A program made the translations under genes and the position numbers. A stretch of DNA of 64,000 nucleotides from Octopus sinensis (taxonomy: Eukaryota), in contig NC_043000.1 of assembly GCF_006345805.1 (NCBI RefSeq), forward strand, positions 112,902,001 through 112,966,000. Reading direction: 5' to 3'. Position 1 is the stretch's first letter, and every line of letters starts with the position of its first letter. The notes below the pieces were generated by a model that saw nothing but the letters and a program-made list of their open reading frames with translations, ran no database searches and was not told where the DNA came from. Below, piece after piece: positions 1 to 12,445 of this stretch.

Positions 1-105
1 GTCCTGACATATTACATCGACCACCAACACATCGGCAAACGGTTTCTGCGTATTCGTGCGCTTTCCTGAGTGCGTCTGTAAGTAAATACATATATAACAA
101 CCTAT

Positions 106-500
106 TTACATAGATACATGCATACACACATAGAAATATATATACACACACACACATACACACACACACATATATATATATATATGTATATGCAGACATA
201 AACACACACACATACGTATATATACATGCGCACTCACAAAGACGCACAGGTAGAGGTAGACATACATGCTCGTTGCAAGTGGAAGAAGAATAATAATAAA
301 GAGGATATTGGAGACAGGAGACACGCCAAGAGCCAAAGAATGATGGGAAGAGACGAGAGGAGAAGGAGGAGGGGGTGGAGTGGGAGAGAAATATAAAGCA
401 AGAAATACACAAATAAGAGAAAGACTTTAATTCTACATATATATATACATACACACACATACAGACACAAACACACACATATTTATGTATATATGTGTGG

Positions 501-531
<31 letters not shown>

Positions 532-613
532 GTATGTATATGTGTGTGTGTCCATCTATCTGTTGTTTAGCGTATGCATGTGTATTCTATTAGTATTGCG
601 TATGTATAGTTAT

Positions 614-664
<51 letters not shown>

Positions 665-709
665 GTGGATGTATGTATGCATATATATATATATATATAT
701 ATACACACC

Positions 710-742
<33 letters not shown>

Positions 743-915
743 ATCACACATATACATAGACGTATATACATAAATACACACACACACAAACACACACACA
801 CATACACACACACATATATATATAGACACACACACATACATACATACATGCACACATGCGTGCATATGAGTACGTATGTATCTGTGTGTGTGTGTGTGTG
901 TATATATATATAGGT
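106..915. repeat. Compound (CA)n/(TA)n/(TACA)n microsatellite block
   Basis: Direct reading; source of the artefactual YI/HT/VC ORFs. Confidence 0.95.
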
Positions 916-1316
916 GCACAATGTGTGTAGTGAAAGAGGGGAAAAGAGTTGGTCGGTAACGCATTTTACAATCACTGTAGGTTAATGTGTAAAGTGATTT
1001 CGATGTAAAACGTCCTCGGCTGACTGTGAGGAATTGTTGCCAAATAAAGACAGAGAAGGTCAAATCAGAACAACTGACCGCATGACCGCAACAAAGAGGT
1101 ACAGAGAGGCGGAGGAAGAAAAAAAAAAGCTTAGGAAGGAGGAGAAGGATGAGGTAGGTGAGAGAGGAGGAGTTGGTGGAGCAACAACGAATGGTGCAAG
1201 TTGGTGATAGCGGCGGTGGGAAGGAAACAGTTTAAGATAATCCTATTGATTTGATTAATTCTTTGACCATTCCAAGAGATATTTACGTTCGGTGGAGGCA
1301 TAAAAAAGGCGGAGAC

Positions 1317-1319
1317 ATG

Positions 1320-1351
<32 letters not shown>

Positions 1352-1560
1352 GTATGTATGTATGTATGTATGTATGTATGTATGTATGTATGCGTGTATG
1401 TATGTTTGTATGTATGTATGTAGGTATGTAGGTGTGTATGTATGTTTGTATGTATGTATGTATGTATGTATGTATGGATGGATGGATGGATGGATGTAGG
1501 ATTGTGTGTATGTGTATATATATGTATATATATATATGCATGTATGCATATACATATATA
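1317..1560. repeat. (TATG)n/(GATG)n/(TA)n microsatellite
   Basis: Direct reading. Confidence 0.95.
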
Positions 1561-1827
1561 AATATATTAAAATTATATATATAAATATAGTAAAATTAAA
1601 TGTGGTTTTAGAGTCAAATTTTGGGCTGCTATTTCCAGCGTGGAGGTATCTCTTAAATACCCTAAATTATAATTTAAATAAAAATTATTACATGCTGGCC
1701 ACTTGAAAAGTTCGATATTTAAATAACGATCTTATCCATATTTATATATATATATATATATGTATTTATATATATGTAAATATGTGTGTCTGTATATATA
1801 TATATATATATATATACTTTATATAAA

Positions 1828-1975
1828 AGTTTCACGTTCCTGTTCGTCGAGCGGGAACGTGAAACTCCGAGTAGCAGCTTTTGTTAAAGTTCTGCTGCTT
1901 TTGAATAAAGCATATTACTCTATCTCTGGTATTTAAGTACTTTTTTTCCACCTTGTTTCACATTTATGTGTTTAC
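1828..1975 (+). mobile_element. Short dispersed repeat (possible Penelope-like 3' end) preceded by a 13-bp fold-back
   Basis: agtttcacgttcc (1828-1840) is the reverse complement of 1854-1866; the downstream gaacgtgaaa...aaagcatattactcta...ttccac(c/a)ttgtttcacatttatgt recurs at ~32572-32665. PLE origin is inference. Confidence 0.4.
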
Positions 1976-2008
1976 TCTGGTATATATATGTATGTATATA
2001 TATATGTG

Positions 2009-2039
<31 letters not shown>

Positions 2040-4653
2040 GTCCTTCCTTCGGAAGTACCACTCCGGAAACATACTAGTGATGGGTGATTTTAACCTCCCT
2101 CATGTGAACTGGCCCACAAATACTCTGAAGTTAGGCAAATGCTCTACATCAGATAGAGCAGCAGCAGAACTACTCTTTAATCTAATGGATGCATACTTCC
2201 TGACTCAGCTAGTGCTCGAACTAATGAGACAGAATAAAACGATCTTGGATCTGGTATTGACCAATCACTCTAGCTTCGTTCACAGTATTTCAGTTGAAAA
2301 TTCTCCTCTCAGACCACGACATGGTACTCTGCGATTTTAATTCCCGGCATATAAAAACCAAACCAGCCAATCCCACTCCATGGCACCCATTTGACAACAT
2401 AAACTTCCACAAAGCGGACTGGGGAGCAATCAGAAAGGATCTGTCTTTCATCGACTGGTCTTTTACTCTCAATTCCACCCATATTGAGACCGCATGGCAG
2501 CACTTTGAAAACATTGTCACCTATACATGCTCTAAACACGCCCCCTCGAAATCTACTAACACAAACAGAAACCGGCTCCTAAAAGAAAAACCTCATCAGG
2601 GCCATCAAAAGACTCAACAAAAAAATCAACTAATTAAAATATTCCCACACACAACATCCACATTCAACAATAATGAAAAGGCTAGAGCTGGAAAAACTTC
2701 ATCTGCAGACCGACATGAAAACCTCCATTGAAAATCAAAGAGGAACAGTGGGTAATCAAAAACATCAAACAGAACCCCAAAGTGTTCTATTCGTATGCAA
2801 ATAAGCATAGAACCACTGTCTCACCCATTGGGCCATTGATTGATGATAACGGCATTCCCCAACACGATACTAAAGAAATGGCAGAAATACTGCAGAAACA
2901 ATACTGCTCTGTCTTTAGTGTTCCCACTGATATTGACGTAAGAGAAGCGAACGAAGTTGACTCCCAACATAAAATCTCAGACATAACCTTCACTGCCACT
3001 GACATCGTAGAAGCAATAAATGAGGTCAAATACTACTCTGCTGTAGGCCCTGATAGATTCCCCGCTAGTCTCCTGAAGGAATGTAGACACCAACTTGCAG
3101 TCCCTCTGACCAATCTCTGGAGAAATTCGTTAGACGCAGGTTTTACCGAAAACAGTTCTATCCCAGTCAGTCATCCCGGTTTTCAAACAGGGAAACAGAT
3201 CCCTCGCACTCAACTACCGCCCAATCTCACTCACCTCCCACATCATTAAAGTGTTTGAAAGAGTGTTAAGATCAAGGATAGCTGACTTCCTGGAGACCCA
3301 CAAACTCCTAAATGCAAATCAGCATGGCTTTCGCTGTGGCAGCGACTGTCTAACACAGCTCTTACACCACATTGAAGATGTACTCAAAGCCTTGGGAACA
3401 GGTTCGAACTCTGACGTCATATATCTTGACTTCAGTAAAGCGTTCAACAGGGTAGACCATAATATCCTACTCTCAAAATTGGCAAATGTTAGAATCCGTG
3501 GAAAAGTTCTACACTGGATTAAGTATTTCCTGGCGAATAGAACACAACATGTTGTAGTTGATGGAGTCCACTCAAGCCCAGCAAAAGTCACCAGCGGTGT
3601 CCCCAAGGGTACTGTCTTGGGTCCGCTACTCTTCATAATTTACATAAACGACCTTTCCAGTGTCGTACATTACTGCAAAGTGAAAATATTTGCTGATGAC
3701 ACTAAGCTCCAGCAAATCGTCAATGAAGAAGCAGACCGAACTCAACTCCAGTCTGATCTATATGCTATGAGTCAATGGGCAGACAGAAACAAAATGCAAC
3801 TGAACGAGGGAAAATTTGAGCTGATGCATTTTGGAAGAAATTCCTCACTAAAACAGCCATACTCTCTTCCTTCAGGGGAACCGCTCACAGCCTCTAACAA
3901 TATCAGAGACCTGGGTGTAATTGTTGATGACGATCTCAGTTGGAGTGCACACATCAACAAGAAGGTCGATTTAGCTCGTAGGATGAGTTCCTGGATCTTA
4001 AGAACTTTCCGGTCCAGAGAACAAGGTGTCATCATACCACTTTTCTCCTCCTTTGTACGGCCACACCTCGAATACTGCTGCCCACTGTGGTCTCCCCATA
4101 CAAGGATTGAGTCACCCCAGAAGGCATTCACTAAATGAATTGAAGGCATGGCTGCTCTCGATTATTGGGATCGCCTTAAAGCCTTGAAACTTTACTCTCT
4201 CCAACGTTGCCGTGAGCGGTACATCATTTGTACGATGTGGAGAATATACCGCCAACATTGCCCAAACGACCTGAACATTAGCTTCAAGGTTCATCCAAGA
4301 CTGGGACCACGGGCCATACGTCCCCTGCCCAATTCAAGATCACAGCATACATGTACACTGCAACATAATTTCTTTTCCTCAACAGGCCCTGCACTATTTA
4401 ACATTGTCCTGAAAGAGATCAAAGAGGAAAAGGATCCCATCAACTTTAAACGGAGTCTGGATAGATTCCTTCAAAGAATACCAGATAAGCCACCCATAAT
4501 TGGATACAACTCACCCAACAAGAACTCACTACTTGAATGGACCATAAACAAAACTTGACTTAAACAGGATTCGAATAATCCTATCAGGTGGTGCTATTAA
4601 GTTAGACATGGCCTGGACCAATCTTTGGTCGAAACATATCTAAGTTTATCTAA

Positions 4654-4655
<2 letters not shown>
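2040..4655 (+). mobile_element. CR1/L2-group LINE, 5'-truncated, ORF2 broken by frameshifts and a stop (APE end + RT + C-terminus)
   Basis: Consecutive ORF pieces give APE motif VMGDFNLPHVNW and LDLVLTN, then KQNPKVFYSY, YLDFSKAFNRVDH, SGVPKGTVLGPLLFIIYIND, FADD (3689-3700), DLGVIVD, RPHLEYCCPLWSP, LYSLQRCRERY, FKRSLDRFLQRIPDKP. Tandem tatctaagt tail; (TA)n on both sides. Confidence 0.9.
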
Positions 4656-4718
<63 letters not shown>

Positions 4719-4828
4719 GCTGTGTGTGTGTGCGTGCGTGCGTGTGTTCGTATGTTATCCTTTTCCTGTTATTTGCTTGTCATTAGACAGCTGCCATCAA
4801 CTTCTAGTTGAGTGAATCGACCCCACTC

Positions 4829-5034
4829 CGGTAATCCCTCGACTAGCGCACGTGTTACGTTCCCAAACCTCCCACAGAAATAATTAAAATCTCAAAAAAT
4901 ATAAATACCTATCGACTGCAGAAACCCGCGATATACTGAGAAGTCCGTGATATAAATTTACATATGTTAGCCAGAAAAATATGCGAGGTACTGAGTGCGC
5001 GACAGCTGAACCGCGATATTGTGAGGGATTTTTG
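4829..5034. mobile_element. Decayed Tigger/pogo-like MITE
   Basis: Ends cggtaatccctc ... gagggatttttg are decayed versions of the TIR of the 5204-5429 element. Confidence 0.5.
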
Positions 5035-5075
5035 CTCTCATTTTTTTCTAAGCCTCTTACATATTCTATATGTCA

Positions 5076-5160
5076 TTTTTGTCGAACCGCTAAGTTACGG
5101 TGACATAAACACACTAACACCTTTCTTTAAGCAGTGGTGGGGGACGAAAATAGAGACACA
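5076..5160 (-). mobile_element. SINE family A internal fragment
   Basis: gaaccgctaagttacggtgacataaacacac matches the copies at 24195-24625 and 51998-52368. Confidence 0.5.
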
Positions 5161-5203
5161 GCGCACAGACACACATTCGCACACACACATGCATACAAAT
5201 GTA

Positions 5204-5429
5204 CAGTAATCCCTCGTCACACACACACATACACATCTATCGCGGTTTATAGGTTAAGCTTACGTCGTTTCCTCCGTGGTGTTGCATTGCATTTATAGCA
5301 AAATAATTATATGCAAATTATAAAAATAATCTTAAAAAATATACAATACAGTACTGTTTCTACATCATAGATTTTCACCTATCGTGGGGTTTCTGCAAAG
5401 TAACACCTGCGATAGTGGAGGGATTACTG
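5204..5429. mobile_element. Tc1/mariner-pogo (Tigger-like) MITE
   Basis: Perfect 12-bp TIR cagtaatccctc (5204-5215) / gagggattactg (5418-5429) with TA on both sides (5202-5203, 5430-5431). Confidence 0.75.
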
Positions 5430-5433
5430 TATA

Positions 5434-5477
<44 letters not shown>

Positions 5478-5502
5478 TATATATGTATGCATATATATAT
5501 AT

Positions 5503-5770
5503 ATCTGTAAAATAATATGTGACAATTATTCAATAGCCAAGATAAAACTCTGAGTTTCGGATGCCGAGGTGGAAATCCACAACATCATCTCTTCGATTAT
5601 CTGGCCATAACCGAAGAGATGGTGTCGTGGATTCCCACCTCGGCATCCGAAACTCAGAGTTTTATCTTGGCTATTGAATAATTGTCACATATTATTCTAC
5701 AGATACATTTCCTCTATTTACATAATATTGAGGTCTCTTTCTTTCTTTTGTTATCTTACCGTTTTTACCA
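5503..5770 (+). mobile_element. Fold-back repeat: 98-bp inverted arms with 6-nt loop plus asymmetric ~65-bp tail
   Basis: Arms 5503-5600 and 5607-5704 are reverse complements with 5 transition mismatches; the tail ttcctctattt(a/g)cataatat(t/c)gaggtctctttc is shared with 6838-6994; (TA)n on both sides. Confidence 0.7.
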
Positions 5771-5799
5771 ATATATATATATATATATTAATGCAACCA

Positions 5800-6378
5800 A
5801 CAACGGTGCATTGACAGAAATGCGATGAGGTCAAACTGAACTCCATTCGGCATTTGTTCCGACTCTGTGCGTTTTTAGTTGGAATCTCATTATCGAATCC
5901 TTGGCTGCTGGACGTAACCCGTGTCCCAGTTAACGTCGTCTGGCACATTCGGTGCTTTCAACGGAATCCATTCATTTACAAAGATTCCGTCTCGGTTTCC
6001 AGTTTGAGGCTATCGTCCTCACTCCATACCACAAATCTTGCACGCGCTGTAATGCCTCTCATAGACGCTGTCTTCTTCACTCACTATTATTAGGTCGTTC
6101 GTCGTTGTCGGCGATGATCAAAGAGATGGCATGGTGTATTCGGCTGTGGTCATTGAGTCCAATGCGAAACCGGAAAGCTTCGCTGAAGCATGGGCACTGG
6201 TGGGCTGTTGGAAATGAAGGCGAGGAGTTGCCTTTGGATTTGCGCAGTTCGCATTTTCTTTGTATCCCTACAACCAGTTCTATACGTAGGAAGTGGCATC
6301 ACTTTTGGTGCAGCTTCACCGGACAGGCCAGTCTTGTGTTGACGTGTCTCAGGTGTTAGAGCTGATTCCGATCCCTTT
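5800..6378 (-). other. Unique GC-normal island with strong minus-strand splice acceptor; candidate exon
   Basis: Minus strand gttatttctttatcttttag|aaaggg at 6379/6378; phase-1 frame open for 75 codons (KGSESALTPETRQHK...SHWTQ*); no recognisable domain. Confidence 0.2.
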
Positions 6379-6538
6379 CTAAAAGATAAAGAAATAACTA
6401 CACATACACCCAGAAATATATCGGGTCATACGTACGCATGACAAGCAAACACCGACACATTCATAGTATCTCACATACCCTTATTCAAATATAGAGTTTG
6501 AAAATACTTCTCACACACACACACACACATAAACTTAG

Positions 6539-6573
<35 letters not shown>

Positions 6574-6837
6574 CACACACACATGCCCATACATCCAAAC
6601 ACACACACATATACTCACACAAATCACGTCCATACACACACCCGCACTTAACCTTACGATTGCGCTTATACACTCATGTAATAATTCGCAAACATGAATA
6701 CACAAAAAAAATACCACAAACAAAATGCTTGTTACTTGTTACGTGAATTTTGCTACCCTGGTAACTGTATATTGAATTTTCCGTATTAACTATAAACAAA
6801 GGATAATTCATTCATATATATATATATATATATATGG

Positions 6838-6994
6838 CTGTAAATATAATATGTGACAATTATTCGGTAGCGATGACAAAACTCCGAGTTTCATAGCTAC
6901 CGAATAATTGTCACATTATATTTACAGATAAATTCCTCTATTTGCATAATATCGAGGTCTCTTTCCTTCTTTTGTTGTCTTACCTTTTCTATGA
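6838..6994 (+). mobile_element. Second, shorter copy of the fold-back repeat
   Basis: Arms 6838-6871 / 6896-6927; same tail as the 5503 copy; (TA)n flanks. Confidence 0.7.
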
Positions 6995-7429
6995 ATATAT
7001 ATATATATATGCAGGTATTAAAACTGGCATCCTAACATATAGTTTCTCGGACATAGAAATACGCACACACACACATGTACACACACGCATACACACATGC
7101 ACACACACACACTCACACATTTATGCAGTTATAAAATCTCGCATCTTAAAATAGAGTTCCTTGGACACATAAATACTCACACACACATAAAGCACAAACA
7201 TACTTATATTACACAAACACAACATACACACGATTCGTAGCTGCATAAACTGTTTCTCTATTCACATCTGAGCACGCTATACACAACTAGATATATACCA
7301 TGGGATACACACTCACAGCTGTGTAACACAGAGAAAATGTTAGACAGACACGCACAAGTAGTCACACAAATCCATAGAAAAATATGCCCAATCTTTCACG
7401 AATGCACACAGGTATATACACACGCATGT

Positions 7430-7442
7430 ACATATATATATA

Positions 7443-7499
<57 letters not shown>

Positions 7500-7522
7500 T
7501 ATATGTATATATACTATATCTG

Positions 7523-7572
<50 letters not shown>

Positions 7573-7630
7573 ATCTATCTATCTATCTATCTATCTACTA
7601 TCTCTGTCTCTCTCTGTCTCTCTCTGTCTC

Positions 7631-7667
<37 letters not shown>

Positions 7668-8491
7668 GTATATATATATATATATATAGATATACATGCA
7701 CTGAAACACTCAGAACGTTCATATTGTCACATATACACACGCAATGCATTTTGCGGGCTTTTGTTCACACATGCGTTCCCACATTAACACCTGGAACACA
7801 ACACACACACACATACACACACACACATACACACATATAGATATGCCTGCCCACATATTGACATTCTCCATCGTATTCACAAAGATAACTTGACACAAAC
7901 GTACGCATGCAGACATGCGCATAGAATTTACACAGACAAGAATCGGTGGTCTTACACAAACATGCATATATACACTCTCACGTTAACACCAAAATATGCA
8001 CACAAACGTACAGATAAACATAGATGCCCACATATTCACACACCTTACACTATCACATCAAAACAAAACGAACAAACAATACTCGCAAGATATCATGATG
8101 ATTGGCGGACATTTTGTTTTTCACCATCTCACTTTTCCGCCATCATTTCTCTAGAGTCAAACGAATTTGTTCTCCGCAATTTTCCCCCTAATCTCAAAGG
8201 GAATGGTTTGGGGTTTTCTACAAGTTTGATTCAATTGGCAAATTTGATAAGATCGCTAATTTTCCGGATGCACGTGGTTGCACAACGGTCTTTAACTGCG
8301 GCTTCCGTATCTGTCAAGTGCAGCTGCATACGTCTCAAAAGATGGCTGGTTGCAGGCGTTACTCGACTCTCAGGAAAATTAGGAAAGATGTAATAATAAA
8401 TATGAGAGCGATATATAAGAAACAAACATAGAGAGATATAGAGATTAAAGAGAGAGAGAGAGAGAGAGAAAGGGAGAAGAGAGGGAGATAA

Positions 8492-8524
<33 letters not shown>

Positions 8525-8773
8525 TAGATAGTAAGATAGGTACCAGAAGTACTGATATGTGGAAGCTAGGAGGAGAGGCAAATAAACATGTTGGGTACAT
8601 ACATATATACATACATACATGCATATTTACGTACATATATAGATAGATAGATACATGCAAACATACATATACATACACACGCATACATACATACTTACAT
8701 ATGTACATACATACATACAAGCATGCATACATACATAGAAAAAAAACCCCACCAAAGAGGAAGAGAGACTGAG

Positions 8774-8809
<36 letters not shown>

Positions 8810-9322
8810 AGAGTGAATGCCAGTTAGGTATAAAAAGATTGAACTATAAGTAAATATATACAAACTAAAAGAAAGGTGTGTAAGACATATTGAGACTTGA
8901 AAAAGAAAACACGTACTATAGACATAGTGTGTGTGTGTGTGTGTTGTGTGTGTGTGTGTGTGTGTGTTTTGTGTACAGAATGAGAGAGAAAGTGAGAGAG
9001 ATACACAGGTAGATAGATGACGATATACAGATATACATTCGCTGAAACGAACACATACGCACATACATGCATGCATACATAAATACATACATACATGCAT
9101 GCATACATACATGCATGCATACATACATACATACGTACATACATACATACATACATACATACATACATACATAGATACATACGTACATATATACATACAC
9201 TAACGCGCTTGCAAAGGGAACTAAACGAGATTTTGTTACATATAAATAAACATAGATAGAAGCTACACTAAGTGAAAAAATGGAAGAGTTACGAAGATGA
9301 TACTCACACACACACACACACT

Positions 9323-9354
<32 letters not shown>

Positions 9355-9535
9355 CGCGCTCGCGCGTTTGTGTATACATAATTATATACTATATTGTGTA
9401 TACATAATTATATAAAGACATATATATTTATTCATACATACATGTATACATACATACATAAATCCATAGATATGTGCATGTATGCAAACATACATACACA
9501 CATACTTGTATGTGTCTATGTATGTTTATATATAT

Positions 9536-9575
<40 letters not shown>

Positions 9576-9604
9576 TATATATATATATATATATATAAAC
9601 ACAT

Positions 9605-9682
<78 letters not shown>

Positions 9683-9700
9683 TATATATGTACATACAGA
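7430..9700. repeat. Series of (TA)n, (TATC)n, (GA)n, (TACA)n, (CA)n microsatellites with short unique spacers
   Basis: Direct reading. Confidence 0.9.
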
Positions 9701-10570
9701 AGCACACAAACATACACCACATCTATATTGTATGTTTTATATATCTGCTTATTGGCATACTCTCAAGGAGACAGAGTACAGGCAAACTTGCCCATTTTTT
9801 TTTTTTTTTACTTATTCGTGAATCGTAAATTGCGTCTCCGTGTTTCAACTTTTACCCATTTTCTGGGAATAAAAGAGACGCACCAAACACTTTATTTCTA
9901 TATGAAATAAACGTCATTGATTATGAGGTGCAAGTCAACAAAGCAAAGACATTTTCATTGGATTTGAACATGTCACAGCACGCCACAAGACAGCCTGACA
10001 TTATGTCGCTAGGCACGTTCAATTTTTTCAGGAAAAATATTCCGATTTTGCACTACACATTATTGATTAGGGGACACGCGCTAATAAATGAAATATCTGG
10101 ATTTATGGAGGAGATGAGGAGCAAGTAACAAATATTACGATACAAGACCGTCTGACAATCAATAAATAGCTATTATATAATATTTCAGCAAATATTTTGG
10201 TTATGTTGTACCAAGAATTTTAGCTGTTAAGGATATATGAATAGAAGGTTCTTACAGAGTAATATATTTATTTCGCAGTCAGGAAATAATTTTTAAAATG
10301 TGTATATTCATTGTTAACCTGACTATAATAGCCTGATTAGAATTTTCTAAATTAGTGGATGGTTTCAAATAGTATTTTGTCTAAAATCAGGATGTACTCT
10401 TTGGTGACTATGGGTGAGGATATCTTACTCTATTACACGACATGAGTATTTTTCTCGATGTCTGAATTTTAAGATAACATGGTTGGTTCGCAGTGAAGTT
10501 TGACCGAAACACTGGGAATACTTTTGCAGAATAATGTGTTAGTGTTTCCAAACATAAAATGTTTCGAATC

Positions 10571-10628
10571 GAATTCGGAATCTTGGGGTTAGTAGCCCGC
10601 GCTCTTAACCACTACGCCATATGCCCAG
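10571..10628 (-). mobile_element. tRNA-like head fragment of the hammerhead-containing SINE
   Basis: Minus strand tgggcatatggcgtagtggttaagagcgcgggctactaaccccaagattccga matches the heads at 19312-19389 and 52502-52577. Confidence 0.7.
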
Positions 10629-10653
10629 AAGCTGTGAAAAGTCAATAATAATG

Positions 10654-10704
<51 letters not shown>

Positions 10705-10720
10705 TAATAATAATAATAAT

Positions 10721-10995
10721 GCCACAAAAATGTAAAAAAATACCACAGCGCCGCTATTAATAGAAGAAGGTCAGGCTTGTGTAGGATAAAAGACTGCAAA
10801 GATAAAGCACTATACAAGAAATTGAAAACGAATGATATTGAAAATAGGTGGGTAAAGAAAAGAATGCATGGTCAATTTCATAGGGATGTTGAAGATATAT
10901 ACACATACATATATGTATATATATATGTGTGTGTATGTATACTATATGTGGATGACTATAAGTGATTTATAACCGGAAACGGAAGCTCTAATCTA
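10721..10995 (+). mobile_element. Old R4/Dong-like fragment (post-RT region), inverted relative to the adjacent piece
   Basis: NRWVKKRMHGQFHRDVED and PETEALI resemble KRWQEKPLHGKY...KAETEGF of the 28-30 kb element; begins right after a (TAA)n tract. Confidence 0.65.
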
Positions 10996-11045
10996 TTTTG
11001 TATTTCGCCGTCTCCTTCTACAGAAGGAGACGGCGAAATACAAAA

Positions 11046-12207
11046 GCGTTTTCTTGTTTTTATTTTTGTATGTGTTGCTTTATTACATACTGTTGTCTTC
11101 CACTTCTTTGTTTCTCAGTATTTTTGTAGTACAAATTTTGTTATTTTATAGTAGTTCTCTATCTGTGACGGACCGTCACTGCCTTCTGAGCAGCAGAGAG
11201 ATATTCTGTATCTGCTTTGTGATGGTAACATCAGTATGCTGCAAATAGTTGCCTGGTTTCGTATCTAAGTTTCTCAATTCATTAATCTTCCTGTATATTA
11301 TGATGTAGCTGTAATTTACGACTAGTATGGCTAGCGTGCTTATCCCTTTTATCTTAGCTTAAGCATTGAATTCAGAGTTTAATATTAGTCTAAACTCCTG
11401 TATCGTTTCGTTTTTTGATTTGGTTTGCAAGATTCTTTATATGAGTTCGTGTGTTGAAGTATATTCTGTTGTGTCTGGGGTGAGTCATTTTCTTTTTATG
11501 CCTTAAAACTACTGAAAAGGTTGCAAGACTCAACGAAAATTTTAGGACAATAGAAATAAGAAAAAAGTGGAAATTTTACCGGTGAGTGTGTTACATAATG
11601 AGGCACAAAAAGAAAATGACTCTCCCCAGACACTCCTGTATTGTATTCTCTCCTAATTTTCTCTTTCGTTTCTACGTATTGTATTGTATTTTAGCTATTT
11701 TGTCTATTACTAGATACTTCTATGCGCAAATGTGGTCTAATTCTCTCATTTCTCTGTTTTTGTCGAGTACAGTGTTTTACAGTGTTGATCAATTCGCCTC
11801 TTCTTAATATCACTTTGTCACCTTTGTCCAACCCCATGTTTGTCCTATTATCGTCGCTGAAACTATGGACAACTTTTAGGTTCTTTCGTTCCGTGGTATT
11901 CTTAGTGAGTTTATTTTTCAAGTCATCCATGTACAGGAGATGGTTTATAGTCTATCCATATCGTCTGTAACCAATAGAGGTTTCATTTAACATGTCTATT
12001 AGTGGGATCAGAGCATAACAGAATAGCAGGGATCACAGCGAGTCTCCTTGGAAAATTCCTATTATTATGGATATACATTAGGTCTAAATGACTTGTGAAT
12101 CATTTTTCAGTGTTACGCTGGTATTTTTCAGTCTGCCTTTGTACGGCTGATATATTTTAGTAGCGTGGGAGCTACTTTATTTGTGTCGACAGACTCTGGT
12201 ATCCATA
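11046..12207 (-). mobile_element. Decayed R4/Dong-like RT region with internal ~228-bp insertion
   Basis: Minus-strand remnants GIFQGDSL.SLLFC, INHLLYMDDLK, KEKIRREY, RLILNSEFNA, STLAILVVNYSY, LDTKTRQL, IENYYKIT. Confidence 0.8.
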
Positions 12208-12228
12208 AATGAAGAACTCTGTTGAATA

Positions 12229-12445
12229 TTTAGAAAATTACTATTTATAAATCTCACAACGAGGGATACTTAGCAACAGCACTTTGGAGTACCTGTTATG
12301 TTGGCAAATAAGCTTTACTCCAAAGTACTGCTGCTAAATACCTCTCGTTGTGAGATTTACAAATGCTAATTTTCTGAATTACAGCAACATTCGTCCTAAA
12401 CCAGGACTGACATATTTTGTTGGTAAATAAGCTTTACTCCACTGT
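12229..12445 (+). mobile_element. Fold-back plus partial tandem repeat (possible PLE pLTR-type remnant)
   Basis: Inverted arms 12229-12291 / 12316-12378; direct repeat gttgg(c/t)aaataagctttactcca at ~12300 and ~12419; 12379-12425 resembles 37690-37748. Confidence 0.55.

Noticed and set aside
1-83. Possible exon end with gtaagt donor at 78
   Set aside because: Truncated by the window edge; peptide not recognisable.
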